In this document: in pieces, positions 8,508-19,477 of the stretch
Numbering within the stretch: position 1 is the stretch's first letter
Layout: each line of letters opens with the position of its first letter
Origin: an uncultured Chloroflexia bacterium
GTDB taxonomy: Bacteria > Chloroflexota > Chloroflexia > Chloroflexales > Roseiflexaceae
DNA: 64,000 bases
Assembly: GCA_963704535.1 (NCBI GenBank)
Contig: OY969916.1
Span: forward strand, 3,830,841-3,894,840
Direction: 5' to 3'
Translations under genes and position numbers: made by a program
Notes under the pieces: generated by a model
Databases searched by the model: none
The model's input: only the letters and a program-made list of their open reading frames with translations
Told to the model about the DNA's origin: nothing

Positions 8508-11196
8508 TCATGGACACGAAGAATTAGCAATAGACACGCTGCATATCCATGTACCTGTTAGACCTGAAGTTCGTTTGGGGCCACTTGACGCATCGAGAGA
8601 AGCAGAGCTTAATGCACTAGAAGAAAAGTTCAAACAACCGGAGAAATGTTATAGAACGACGTATCAATTAATAGAGGATTATATTCAGGCTGCCAAGCTT
8701 TCACGAGGTATGGCCCATCCGAGACATCGTGTTTTCGGGTATTTGTCATACGCGAAACAGCTAGCCTACCAGACAAATAATGTTCAACAGATAATTCGTG
8801 TTATCTATAATGAGGCTTGGACGGCGTTCTGGTGGTTCGATGATGTTGATGAACTTAATAGAAGATATGATGAAATCGAACCCTTATGTCTGAAATCGAT
8901 TTATATTTCGGATTTGGAACACTTACATAACTTATGGCAATTAATGTATACCTTTGTAAGAAGGGATTTATTGAAAATCGATAAGAAAAAGCCGAGTAAA
9001 CGAACACATAATTTATTGCAATTAATCGAAGCATTCGCAACAAATGAGTCTAAGCCAAATACGGCACTTCATGCGCGTACGATAATGCATCTCACAAAAT
9101 TACTGCTTGGAGCTACTGAAAAATCAGATATCGTCCGAGAAGAATTAACTAGGCTCAAGATGTGTTTTAAGGAAATAGACGGTTTGGCTTCATATCCTGT
9201 TTTGTCATTTATTGAAGTTTTGGCTGAAATAGGTAATTCATTTTCTGATTATGTCGAGTATGACGATATAATGGAAGATTTATGTATAATTGCGGCAAAG
9301 AGAGAAGGAGAAGTACAAGAGGGAACACTACTGTTTCAGCGTGGTATACAAAAGCTTGAGAAACGCAAGTACCTGGAAGCTTTGAAATTACTCGGCCGTG
9401 CCCGAGAAAAGTTTGTGAAAGATGAAGCACAGGCAGAAATGGTGCAAACTGCTATTGCTTGTGGAGTGGTATATGAAGCAATGGGATTATTGTGGGCAGC
9501 ACGAATGGAGGTACTAGTAGCGGCATCTATTGCTCTTAGCAAGCTTGATTCGCAAGGTATAATACCACATATTGCATTAACCTGTACTCAGCGGATGATA
9601 TGGCTAGAGCTTCAGTTTGGGCGAATCCCTTGCGTTCTCGAATGGTATCGGCTTAGTGTGGCTCTGGCAAGGGCACTAGAATTAGATGATGAAGAGGATG
9701 TGGCATTTGAGAACCAACGTGCATTGCAAGATGCAGTGTTGGGGATTTTGATGTTAAGGCTGAAACCGGAGGAATTGATACATTTTGAGATACTCCCCGC
9801 TATTTTAGATGAATTACAACTATTCTCGGCAAGTGCTGCCCTCCTCTATGGTCTTGGACATGAAGAAGTGCTGCGTGAAGAGGGGTTGTTCACATCCCAA
9901 GATAGTAAGAGTGATGTTCTAAATTTCTTTGTTCGCCTGAGAGATCAACCTGCAAGTTCTGACCTGCCTGATAAACCAATCTTTCACGCACAACGACAAA
10001 CATTGTATGTAACTATTTTGATGGGCTGTAGGGTAGAGATTTCTGTTCAGAACTCTTTCGACTGTCTCAGTCTTGCTGAGAATATACTCGCTGTACTAGA
10101 GGCTTTCCTTGCCACTATCGATTATTCCGACTTCGCCTTTTATCGACCGAGTTTGCGAATTACCATAGAACAATCTGAATATGTGTCGTTCCCTGGATAC
10201 GCGTGGATTAATGAGGCAATAACCGGAAAAGCAGTCGAAATACGAATTAATAACTCAACCAGCTATTATCGAGATCTAATGGTGCGCTCTCAAGCTGAGT
10301 TTAGAGATTGGCTGGTGGAGATACTATCTCTTGTTCTCGGCGCTGCTACAATTCCCCGAGACAGTAATGTAGAAAATCCGCTCGAAAAGCTTGCGAAAGA
10401 GGGTGCCTTTTCACGAGCATTATCGTTTTCTCCCACATCAATTTGGCTTAATAATGTTTTGGGTGACAAACCAAAATATGCCATCTCTGCTTGGACTAAA
10501 CCGGAAGACCAGAAAGTATATCACTTGAAGCGCAGGGAGGCTTGGGATATCTCTGTTCCGGTTTTGTCAAATCAGATCCAAGATGATACGAAAGATTTAT
10601 CAAGCAAATTTACATACGACCGAAACGTAATCAAACATAAGGATCATCTTGTTTTATCCCATGTCAACATCGATTTGTGGAATAAAGCTAAATGGGGAGG
10701 GACCGGGTTCATATATGTACCCGATGGTAGCGACGAGCCTATGCTTGGTGTAATTTTTGGTGATTACGAGATTGGAAAACAGATATTTCGAGAATGGCAG
10801 CAGAGCATTGGCGAAGTGGATGAATTTGAGGAGCTACGTGTTTCGATTATTCAAGATATAGAACCAAATTCGCCAAAATATAAAGTTGTGATTGGTACAG
10901 AGGTTGACAACGTATTGAAGCGGCGTGGGCAAGAACACACAGCGACAACCAAAATGTTTGTTATGATGTCTCGAATTAACACTATGGAGCCAGATCCCAA
11001 TTCCAAGTACTTGGAGAATTTCAAGAGGCTATATGGTATTCACGGTTGCTATCGTATTATACCATGTGGCAATTTTAATGGGAGAGCTTTTGATTTTGCC
11101 CCCGAGCTTTCAATTCTCAAAAAAAAGATCCACTTTCGGGACTTGAAAGACATAACCCAAAATGATCTCGACATAGTAGCGTTGCGCGATGTTTAG
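8458..11196 (+). CDS. Large hypothetical protein (912 aa; alternative start at 8710 gives 828 aa), α-helical/TPR-like, with no recognisable catalytic motif
   Basis: It is a long uninterrupted ORF in a markedly AT-rich segment. It overlaps or abuts the nuclease gene, so the two form a likely two-gene operon. No Walker A motif was found. Confidence 0.5.
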   Translation: MRCEILDRTWLVRRTCDHGHEELAIDTLHIHVPVRPEVRLGPLDASREAELNALEEKFKQPEKCYRTTYQLIEDYIQAAKLSRGMAHPRHRVFGYLSYAKQLAYQTNNVQQIIRVIYNEAWTAFWWFDDVDELNRRYDEIEPLCLKSIYISDLEHLHNLWQLMYTFVRRDLLKIDKKKPSKRTHNLLQLIEAFATNESKPNTALHARTIMHLTKLLLGATEKSDIVREELTRLKMCFKEIDGLASYPVLSFIEVLAEIGNSFSDYVEYDDIMEDLCIIAAKREGEVQEGTLLFQRGIQKLEKRKYLEALKLLGRAREKFVKDEAQAEMVQTAIACGVVYEAMGLLWAARMEVLVAASIALSKLDSQGIIPHIALTCTQRMIWLELQFGRIPCVLEWYRLSVALARALELDDEEDVAFENQRALQDAVLGILMLRLKPEELIHFEILPAILDELQLFSASAALLYGLGHEEVLREEGLFTSQDSKSDVLNFFVRLRDQPASSDLPDKPIFHAQRQTLYVTILMGCRVEISVQNSFDCLSLAENILAVLEAFLATIDYSDFAFYRPSLRITIEQSEYVSFPGYAWINEAITGKAVEIRINNSTSYYRDLMVRSQAEFRDWLVEILSLVLGAATIPRDSNVENPLEKLAKEGAFSRALSFSPTSIWLNNVLGDKPKYAISAWTKPEDQKVYHLKRREAWDISVPVLSNQIQDDTKDLSSKFTYDRNVIKHKDHLVLSHVNIDLWNKAKWGGTGFIYVPDGSDEPMLGVIFGDYEIGKQIFREWQQSIGEVDEFEELRVSIIQDIEPNSPKYKVVIGTEVDNVLKRRGQEHTATTKMFVMMSRINTMEPDPNSKYLENFKRLYGIHGCYRIIPCGNFNGRAFDFAPELSILKKKIHFRDLKDITQNDLDIVALRDV

Positions 11197-11672
11197 TCTA
11201 ACCTTTTCATAAAGACATGAAAGGATCGTCGTGATCCGACATAGTAGACTTTATCAAGATGTAAGTAATTGATCCTCTAGCATTTTGATGACAAAGACGA
11301 CTTGCCATTAGCGGAATTTACCACCGTACAGGCTAGTTTTCCATTACAATATCGTTGCGACGAGCCTTCTATTCCCATAATCCCTATTTCCGGTCCAGTT
11401 CCACGATGTTACGTTCTATGGCCCAATTTCGCACGAATGCTCCATAGCGCAAGCGCCACCACCACGAATGAAAATACTGTGCTATCCTCACTTCAGACCA
11501 TGTGCGTGTCAGACGTCGACAACGATCTGGTGCCGGGGAGTCCGGGCACGAATGTGATCTAGCGCCTGTAGGTATCACCGTCTGTTGCCCCATCTTTTTG
11601 GGAGCACGCAAGGGAAACTCTTACTTGTTGACCCAGGCGCTCCGTGCATGGTCACGTTGCAAGGAGGTCAGG

Positions 11673-12917
11673 ATGCACATCTTGTATCAGCGCTGTTGTG
11701 GTTTGGACGTGCATAAACAGCGGGTCAGCGCCTGCTTGTTACTGCCGGGCAATGATCGTCGTCAGCAGAAGGTTGCACGCTCCTTTGGGACCACCACCAG
11801 CCAACTCCAAGCCCTCAAGGAGTGGTTAGTCGCAGCAGACTGCACTCACGTCGCCATGGAAAGCACCGGGCCATACTGGAAACCAGTCTACAACATCTTG
11901 GAAGACAGCTTTACTCTGATCCTGGCGAATGCCCAACACATTAAGGCCCTACCAGGACGCAAGACCGATGTTGGTGATGCCGAATGGATTGCAGATCTGC
12001 TCCAGCATGGTCTGATACGCAGTAGTTTCATTCCATCGCGACCCCTGCGTGAACTGCGCGAACTGACCCGCTATCGCAAAACCTTGATCCAAGAACGCTC
12101 CGCAGAAATCAACCGGGTGCAGAAAGTGCTGGAGGGAGCCAATATCAAACTCGGCTCAGTCGCAACCAATGTTTTGGGGGTGTCTGGACGGGCGATGCTG
12201 GATGCGCTGGTCAACGGCACCACAGATAGTAACGTTTTAGCCGACTTGGCTCAGGGCAGGTTGCGCAAGAAGATACCCGAACTCCAAGCCGCCTTGAACG
12301 GGCTGATCGCAGATCATCAACGCTTCGTGCTGGGCCAACAGTTAGCGCATATTGATAGTTTGAACGCGATGATCGTCACGTGCAGCGCTGAGATAGAGCA
12401 GCGCTTTGCCGACCATCAGGAGCTGATCAGACGGCTCTGCACGATACCGGGGGTCGGGCAACGAACAGCCGAAACGCTGCTGGCAGAGATTGGTACGGAT
12501 ATGAGTCGCTTTCCGAGTGCCAAACATCTGGCCTCCTGGGCTGGTTTGTGTCCAGGCAATCACGAGAGCGCGGGGAAGCGTAAATCAGGCAAAACGCGCA
12601 AAGGCAGCCGCTGGTTGCGGGAAGCGTTAGTAGAGGCGGCACGAGCTGCGGCACGAACCCGCACCACCTACTTGGCAGCCCAATATCATCGTTTAGCTGC
12701 ACGACGAGGCGGTAACAAGGCCGCCGTGGCGGTCGCACATACGATTCTGGTCATCAGCTATCATCTCATCCGTGATGGAGGCGAGTACGAAGATTTGGGG
12801 GCGACGTACTACGACGAAATGGATCGCGAGCGAGTTCAGCGGCGTTTAGTGCGCCGTCTTGAAGCGATGGGCTGTCGGGTCACGCTCGAACCAGACCAGC
12901 CGGCAGCAACAGCATAA
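11673..12917 (+). CDS. IS110-family transposase (DEDD type)
   Basis: It begins [23 protein letters not shown]..., which is the IS110 N-terminal DEDD domain. The C-terminus has the ...[16 protein letters not shown]...[15 protein letters not shown] helix-hairpin-helix region. An AGGAGG RBS lies at 11662. IS ends are not defined because IS110 lacks IRs. Confidence 0.85.
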   Translation: MHILYQRCCGLDVHKQRVSACLLLPGNDRRQQKVARSFGTTTSQLQALKEWLVAADCTHVAMESTGPYWKPVYNILEDSFTLILANAQHIKALPGRKTDVGDAEWIADLLQHGLIRSSFIPSRPLRELRELTRYRKTLIQERSAEINRVQKVLEGANIKLGSVATNVLGVSGRAMLDALVNGTTDSNVLADLAQGRLRKKIPELQAALNGLIADHQRFVLGQQLAHIDSLNAMIVTCSAEIEQRFADHQELIRRLCTIPGVGQRTAETLLAEIGTDMSRFPSAKHLASWAGLCPGNHESAGKRKSGKTRKGSRWLREALVEAARAAARTRTTYLAAQYHRLAARRGGNKAAVAVAHTILVISYHLIRDGGEYEDLGATYYDEMDRERVQRRLVRRLEAMGCRVTLEPDQPAATA

Positions 12918-13079
12918 CGCTTCACAGTTGACAATTGATAACCCCAACGATGGCTCCTTCTGGTCTGCCGATGCTGGACGGAGGTGGGTCTGGAGAGGGT
13001 GTGTGCATTGGAAGAGGTTATTGCACCCCAAACGCCCTGCACAACCCGTATTTTCAAGGGAATCGTTGCCAGATCCCGA

Positions 13080-13744
13080 TTATGGTTGAGCTTCGCTGGG
13101 AGGAAGTAGGAGTTGTTTCACGATAGCTAGGTGATCATCTACTGTTGCGACTTCGAGGCAATCTAAGAGACAGGTAGTACTATCAAGATATGCTTCCAGC
13201 GTATGCAGCCATGCCGAAGTAAGAGAAATCGCATGAGCCACATTGTAGTCAGAACTTAAAAATTTGCCTGCCATATTAGATTGATTGTTTGTTTCGTAGG
13301 TAGCCATACGGAAACTAACTTCAATACTCGCGCGAGCACTGGCGATGGCATTGGCCAGGACGTTGGCGCGGGCACTGGCACGGTCGCTCTTTACGGTGCG
13401 GGCCAGGTCAGTGGCGCGGGCACTGGCGCGGGCAAGGGCGACAGCGATGTCGCTGACACGGATATATTCGCTGGCACGGGCGAGATCGCTAGCGAGATCG
13501 CTGGTGACGTCGTTAGTGAATGCGCTGCTAAGGGCGGGACCATCGTCGCGGATGAGGGTATCGTAGCCGGTAGATATCAACTGCCATAGTGCCTGGGTCA
13601 TTGCCATTGCACGCATGCTGTAGTACGAAGTCGAGCTTATGGATTGTTGATATTGGGCTGCCCATTGCACGAAGGCAGTTAGCTCTTCACTGGTCTGTAT
13701 CATTTCTTGCAATTGTACACACCATATGTTAAACAAGCGTGTAA
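13080..13744 (-). pseudogene. Repeat-containing coding fragment, possibly the displaced 3' part of the NACHT gene split by the IS5-family insertion
   Basis: It is a minus-strand ORF immediately downstream of the IS5-family element. It contains a tandem ~15-nt DNA repeat (ggcgcgggcactggc...) that encodes an ARASA-like repeat. The N-terminal 70 aa of the listed ORF read through IS sequence. Confidence 0.3.
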
Positions 13745-14752
13745 CATTGTGGTAGTCCAACATACTAGTGGTAAGCAGAATCACTTCACGCCATCGCTTA
13801 TCTGCTGCATGGGATAGGCTCTTTCTGCCAATCCGCTTTCCGGTATCAAGCCGCTGCGGCGGCATGCGAGAGGAGGCGAAGATAGCGTTCGATAAACGCC
13901 AGCTTGACCAGTCCCAAGTAGTTGAGTGCCAGCTTCTCGTAGCGCGTCGCGATCGCACGACACTCTTTCAGCCAGCCCACGCACTGCTCGATCGTAGAGC
14001 GACGGCGATACAGCACGCAATCATAGGTCACTGGGCGACCAGGTTTTGGTTTTCCACTGCGCCGTTTGGGTGGAATGATTGGTTTGATACCACGCGAGCG
14101 CAACCAGTGGCGGATGCGCTGAGCGTCGTAGGCGCGGTCGGCCGCCAAGCGACGTGGTCGTCGTCGGATGCGTCCGCTAGCGCGTGGGATGGCCACCTGC
14201 TCCATCACGGTTTCGACCTGTGTTGATTCGTGAGTTTGCCCAGGCGTGAGACAGACATCGAGCGGCACGCCGTTGCCGTCACTCAGCAGATGGATTTTGG
14301 TGCTAAAGCCACCCACCGATCGTCCGAGTGCGTGGTTGCCGGGTTCGGAGTTGCCGTCAGGTCCGCTTTTTTCGGCTCCAGCAGCGGCGCGGTGGGCACG
14401 CACGATCGTGCTATCGAGCGACCATTGCTCCCAGTCGATAATGCCTTGTGCATCCAGTTTGGTTTGGAGCGTCTTGAGGATGCGATCCCAGATGCCGTTG
14501 CGGCGCCAGGTGGTGTAGCGGTCATAGATTGTTTTCCAGTTGCCATAGCGTTCAGGAATATCGGGCCAGGGCGCGCCGGTGTGCAAACGCCAGAGGATGC
14601 CGTTGATAATCGGACGGTGCTCTTTGTAAGGATGACCAGTCTTGCCATCATTGGTCGGTAAATCTGGCTCAATCAGCGCATACTGTTCGTCAGTCAGTTC
14701 GTAGCGTGCCATCATTGCTCCGGTCTCATTATGGTAAACCTATAGTCTACCA
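13745..14752 (-). mobile_element. IS5-family insertion sequence (approximate ends)
   Basis: It is ~1 kb and carries one DDE transposase. It has imperfect terminal IRs, TTGTGGTAG... at 13746 and ...CTATAGTCTACCACAAC at ~14752. Confidence 0.55.
13846..14715 (-). CDS. IS5-family DDE transposase
   Basis: The sequence MMARYELTDEQYALIEPDLP...GAPWPDIPERYGNWKTIYDRY...RAYD...TIEQCVGWLKECRAIATRYEKL carries the typical IS5/IS4 DDE_Tnp_1 hallmarks. Confidence 0.8.
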   Translation of the reverse strand: MMARYELTDEQYALIEPDLPTNDGKTGHPYKEHRPIINGILWRLHTGAPWPDIPERYGNWKTIYDRYTTWRRNGIWDRILKTLQTKLDAQGIIDWEQWSLDSTIVRAHRAAAGAEKSGPDGNSEPGNHALGRSVGGFSTKIHLLSDGNGVPLDVCLTPGQTHESTQVETVMEQVAIPRASGRIRRRPRRLAADRAYDAQRIRHWLRSRGIKPIIPPKRRSGKPKPGRPVTYDCVLYRRRSTIEQCVGWLKECRAIATRYEKLALNYLGLVKLAFIERYLRLLSHAAAAA

Positions 14753-14769
14753 CAACCGCTACCGGATTG

Positions 14770-16155
14770 TCAGAAAGAGCCTACAACACCGTACAATATA
14801 GATGCCTCTGAGTGATCAGCAATATAGCGGGCGGCAAAGTATTCGTGAAAGGTCAGATGCGAGAAGCTGTAGATGCCATGTGCTCGCTCAATTATCAGCC
14901 CGTGCTGCGCTTCAATTGCGCGTAACACTGCCTCCCCATCGATGTCTTCTGTAGCATCTATCGGTGGCAATCGCCGAAGAAAGCGGACAATACACTCCAC
15001 CAGCTTGCGCTTGTGCATAAACAGTTCGCCACGCTCGAACGTTTCGGCGGCGAGTTCCATGAGCAGTTGGCGTTTGTAGCCAAGTGACAGTTTGCGGTAA
15101 ACTGTATCGCGTTGAATACGACGTGAGCTATCCCACTTCTTTAGCAGCGCATCGATCGCCTCTTCGTAGAGTTCGGCCCGACGCCGTGGAAATGCCATTG
15201 TTTCTTCAAACGTAAGGCAAAGCATGGTAAGTAGCAGCGGTCGGCGGCTGAGATCACGTAAGCGATCGTTTTCCGGCTGGTTGAATGCTTTCCAAAATGC
15301 CGCGTATGTATCCTCGTCGTCTTGAAACCAGCGTGCAACGAAGGTTTGCACCTGTTCATGTGTGAAGTCCGCCAATTCGCAGTAACTAAATCCCTCAAAC
15401 GTGTAATCGGTGGCCGCTGCTCGGCACGTAATCACGACACGAGTTTTGCCGTATTGCATGGCAAAGTCACGTACAGAATTGATGATCAGATCTCGTGCGC
15501 CACCTTCGAGATTGACCTCGTCCAGCCCGTCGAAGAGCACAATCGCCTTCCCTTCTTCGAGGATACGTTCGACGAACGGCTGTGCATCGGGGAAACCGCA
15601 GATCGCGAACTGACGCACCATGAAAGGAAGCAGGTCGGTCTTGGCGTCTGACCAGACCTTGAGGGAGACAAAGATGGGGATAGTATCCAGCTTCCCTCTA
15701 ATCGCCTGGTCGACTAGGTATTTGAGAAATGTTGTTTTGCCCGAGCCAGGTTGCCCCAGAATAAACAATCTGCTCTGTGCTCGCACCAAGTCGATGCCAG
15801 GATGCCGTTTTTGGTTTTGCTCAGGTAGAACCTCAGTCTGCGTTTGCTTTTGAAGCTCCTCGATCCCATGACGCCGCCACGCGATCGGCTTATCGAGGAG
15901 ATAGAGGTCCGTGAAGATATTATTGAGCGGGACTGGCTTGCTCATGCCGAAGATTTGCATAGCCCCGTACTGCTGGTGCAGCTCTCGGCGGTAGGTACGT
16001 GAGGCGAGAACCCAGTCAACACGTTCCCAGCCTGCCTCTTTGATCTCCTCGGCGTGTTTCCTCAGGCACTTGACGAGCCAGCCGACGACGTCTTTGCCAT
16101 AGTTTTCCCAAGCCCAGACACCTACGGGTATTAGAAAGGACTCGATACCAGTCAT
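14770..16155 (-). CDS. NACHT-domain STAND NTPase, ending right after the NTPase module at the IS5-family insertion
   Basis: It has a Walker A (GQPGSGKTTFLKYL), a Walker B (IVLFDGLDEV) and a sensor motif (RPLLLTMLC). No C-terminal repeat array follows before the stop, and the IS abuts 18 bp downstream. Confidence 0.7.
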   Translation of the reverse strand: MTGIESFLIPVGVWAWENYGKDVVGWLVKCLRKHAEEIKEAGWERVDWVLASRTYRRELHQQYGAMQIFGMSKPVPLNNIFTDLYLLDKPIAWRRHGIEELQKQTQTEVLPEQNQKRHPGIDLVRAQSRLFILGQPGSGKTTFLKYLVDQAIRGKLDTIPIFVSLKVWSDAKTDLLPFMVRQFAICGFPDAQPFVERILEEGKAIVLFDGLDEVNLEGGARDLIINSVRDFAMQYGKTRVVITCRAAATDYTFEGFSYCELADFTHEQVQTFVARWFQDDEDTYAAFWKAFNQPENDRLRDLSRRPLLLTMLCLTFEETMAFPRRRAELYEEAIDALLKKWDSSRRIQRDTVYRKLSLGYKRQLLMELAAETFERGELFMHKRKLVECIVRFLRRLPPIDATEDIDGEAVLRAIEAQHGLIIERAHGIYSFSHLTFHEYFAARYIADHSEASILYGVVGSF

Positions 16156-16619
16156 CGGCGTGCTCCTCGTAACAGTGCGGATGGGTCTAATGATAGCACT
16201 CCGCGCAAGAGGGACCAGCCACGCAGGGGAGCGAAGCCCCTAACCAGAGCTGACTGTTACCCATATCTTCCAGACGTGAGCAGAATGGGCTGGATCAACA
16301 GGAAATGGCCCTGAAGTGGGGTCGTGCAAGCAGCAGTTACCTGACAAACAGCCCACTTACGCGCCAAATCCATCACCTAGAAAACATATGGGTAATAGTC
16401 AGCTAACCAGAGAGGGGAAGATAGAACGACCGATTCTGTGTCGTGGGTTCCCATAATACCTGTTCCTGGTACCACTCCGTGTGAGATTGCCCATAGACAC
16501 GCGGCAGACTGGTTCCATATAATAGGAAAATACCGGTGTTATTGGAACCAGTTTTTGCCGACATTTCTGTTTGTATCCCCTGCCCGGCGGTGCTAGGATA
16601 CGGAGAGACCAAACGATCT

Positions 16620-17501
16620 ATGACAGAGACAACCCTTTCCCTTGAACAAGCCCTCGCTGATTTTCTCAAAGCCCTGGCGGGCAAGAATAGAAGTGTCGCA
16701 ACTATCAGCGCCTACCGAACCGACAGCCACCAGTTTATCACTTGGCTGCATGAGAACAACATGGTCGTGCTCTCCCCTGTCCAGGTCGAGCGGGCCGACA
16801 TCACCGACTATATGGCCTCCCTTGCCGAACGCAAGCTCTCCGGCGTCTCCAGAGCACGGAAAGTCGCCGCCCTCAGAGAGTATTTCCGCTATCTTGCAGA
16901 GCATGAGCGTATCAGCAAGTCACCGATGACCGGCGTTGAGACGCCCAGACGGGAGAAGCACAGCCGAACGGCCTTGACCCGCGACGAATACAGCCTACTT
17001 CTCTCCCTCGCCGGTGCCAGCATCCGCGACTATGCCATTGTGCAAGTCTTCCTTCAGACCGGCCTGCGCGTCTCTGAGTTAGTCGCACTCCGCATTGACG
17101 ATGTTGACCTCACGAGCCGTGTGCTCCACGTTCGCGCCGGCAAAGGAATGGCTGCGCGCAGTATTGAACTGGAGCGCAAAGCGACCCAGGCAATCAAGAA
17201 TTACCTGGCCACCCGGTCAACCATCGCGGATGACCAGCTCTTTCTGAACCGCGACAATGAGCCAATCTCCGGGCGAGGTGTCAGAAAGCTCGTGACAAAA
17301 TACCTTCGTCTGGCCGGCATCAAGAAGAAGGCGAGCTGCCACTCGCTCAGACACACCTTTGCCACGGCCAAAGCCCAGCAAGGCATCAGCGCCTACCGGC
17401 TCAAAGAGTGGCTCGGCCACCAGTCTCTTGAGACGACCCAAATCTATATTCACCTGTCCAAACAGAACGCAGCCAGAGAAATGGAGCAAACGAGCTTATG
17501 A
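16620..17501 (+). CDS. Tyrosine recombinase, XerC/XerD-like
   Basis: It has a phage-integrase SAM-like N-domain. The catalytic residues sit in ...RVSEL...HSLRHTFAT...GHQSLETTQIYIHLS (R, H-x-x-R, Y). It is divergently oriented from the NACHT gene. Confidence 0.8.
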   Translation: MTETTLSLEQALADFLKALAGKNRSVATISAYRTDSHQFITWLHENNMVVLSPVQVERADITDYMASLAERKLSGVSRARKVAALREYFRYLAEHERISKSPMTGVETPRREKHSRTALTRDEYSLLLSLAGASIRDYAIVQVFLQTGLRVSELVALRIDDVDLTSRVLHVRAGKGMAARSIELERKATQAIKNYLATRSTIADDQLFLNRDNEPISGRGVRKLVTKYLRLAGIKKKASCHSLRHTFATAKAQQGISAYRLKEWLGHQSLETTQIYIHLSKQNAAREMEQTSL

Positions 17502-18096
17502 CGGCATACCGGACATCAATGACAACCTGTTCCTCGATCTCCGCAGCAGCACAAGCCGCGAAGGCCCGGCGGCAAGCGGTGTTACGAAGGGTCCAAGCAC
17601 AGCGAGCGATAGCACATAAACGGACAGTTGCAGACTGGATGAGAGACGGGCTGGTGATAACGGGCAGCGAGTTGAGAGATAAGTATGTAGTTGGCAGACG
17701 TGCTGCTGGACAGCGCATATGAGATACCTCCCTCCCAATCACTTCACTCCATCCACGCACCACACTTGATCCCTGGTGTATACTAGAGATGCAGGAGTCA
17801 CACTCCCACATACTCCTCGTTCGCTTTCACTGAACTTCGTTACAGCCACACGGTCTACCCCTGCGGCAGAGTGGGAGAGTTAGGCAGTGCAATGTGGCAC
17901 ATGCACCGCCTGAAGAGGAGTCGTGCACGGGCGAGGCCACCAAGAGTTGTCAAGGAAACGCTTGACACTCAGATCGCGTTTTACGGCTTTCTGATGGGTT
18001 TTACACTGCAAACTAATACTAGAAGGAATCTGTGTCAATGGCTAGAGCAAGCAGTAACAGCAAACAATTAGCCCCGAACGATGCCCATCTAACTGT

Positions 18097-19418
18097 AGTT
18101 TTGCAAAGTTGAACCACACGCGCTCCTGTAGTAGGATAGCCCCATGCGGATCCGTGCCAGATGAATCACCACCAGGAGCGGGTATGCCAGCGATTGTTGA
18201 GTTCCCAAGCGTCGTGCAAGACCTCCTGGTCCAATACGCAGACCTGTTTGCCAACCAGCCCGAGCGCCAGCACTTCGCTGAGTATCTGACCGGCCTGTTC
18301 ATTGCTGAACGCAAAACCGTCAGCGGTATCAACCGCGAGTTTGCAGTCACGACAGACCAGTCCTGCCTGAACCGCTGGATCACTGAGGTTGAGTGGGAGG
18401 AAAAGGCGCTCAACCAGCGGCGCCTCGAGCTGCTGCAACGCGACTCTGCCACCCACTACACCAAGAATGGCGTCATCGCGATTGATAACACCCTCATCGA
18501 TCACGACGGCAAGCTGATTGAAGATGTCGGCTGGTTCTGGGATCATGCTGAGAAGCGGCACCTGATTGCCCACGACTACTTGATCGCCAACTACGTCTGC
18601 GCTTCCGGCAAGCACTATCCGCTGGAGTTCCGCCGCTTTCGCAAGAAGGACACCTGTGCCGCCACAGGCAGTCTCTTCAAGAACCACACCGTCCTGTGTC
18701 AAGAACTGGTCGATTGGGTCGTGGAACAGAACATACCGGGCGATTTCACCTTCGATAGTTACTTCACCCATGCCGACATTCTCAACCACATCGACGGTTA
18801 TGGCCGCAATTACGTCGGTGATCTGAAGTTCAATCGTACTATCAACGTCGATGGACGCGACTGGAAAGCCAGTGAATGGGTGAAGGCCGAACTGGGACCG
18901 CTGTGTCGGCGCAAAACGACCGTCGACGGCAAAGAGCAATGGTACTTCACCAAAAGTATTCGCATTCCGGGCGTCACGCACACGGTGCGGATTGTGGTGC
19001 TGTGGAAAGGGCAACGGGATGCCGAACCACGCAAGATCTTGATTACCAATCGCACCTATTGGGAAGTGCATCGCATCCTCAAGACGTATCGCAAACGCTG
19101 GACAGGAACGGAGACCTTCCATCGGGACGGGAAGCAGCATCTCGGCATGGGCGATTGTCAGCTCAGGAAGGGCGAGAGCCAGACACGGCATATGTATCTC
19201 GTATTCCTGGCGTACAGCGCCTTGATGACCCAGTTGCGGCACGACCGTGCGCAGGAATGGGCTCAGGCACGCCTAATGACCATCGGCAAGTCCTGTTGCG
19301 CCATGTCTCGCGAGACCTTGGGCAAAACGATCGCCTGGGTGGTTGAGCAGGTTCAGCAAGGGCAGAGTCTGTCCGATATCAAGGCCCATTTGGCCCTACC
19401 CTAACTTTGCAAAACTAC
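18097..19418 (+). mobile_element. IS701-family insertion sequence, copy 2
   Basis: It has the same 18-bp perfect IRs as copy 1 and is 1322 bp long. No obvious TSD is present (flanks ...atctaa / tagaca...). Confidence 0.8.
18184..19404 (+). CDS. IS701-family DDE transposase (copy 2)
   Basis: It is near-identical to 6225..7445. Confidence 0.8.
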   Translation: MPAIVEFPSVVQDLLVQYADLFANQPERQHFAEYLTGLFIAERKTVSGINREFAVTTDQSCLNRWITEVEWEEKALNQRRLELLQRDSATHYTKNGVIAIDNTLIDHDGKLIEDVGWFWDHAEKRHLIAHDYLIANYVCASGKHYPLEFRRFRKKDTCAATGSLFKNHTVLCQELVDWVVEQNIPGDFTFDSYFTHADILNHIDGYGRNYVGDLKFNRTINVDGRDWKASEWVKAELGPLCRRKTTVDGKEQWYFTKSIRIPGVTHTVRIVVLWKGQRDAEPRKILITNRTYWEVHRILKTYRKRWTGTETFHRDGKQHLGMGDCQLRKGESQTRHMYLVFLAYSALMTQLRHDRAQEWAQARLMTIGKSCCAMSRETLGKTIAWVVEQVQQGQSLSDIKAHLALP

Positions 19419-19477
19419 AGTAGACAGTAGGTGGTTGGGAACGATCGAATAATCTCTTACTATACAAGGAGGGACAC

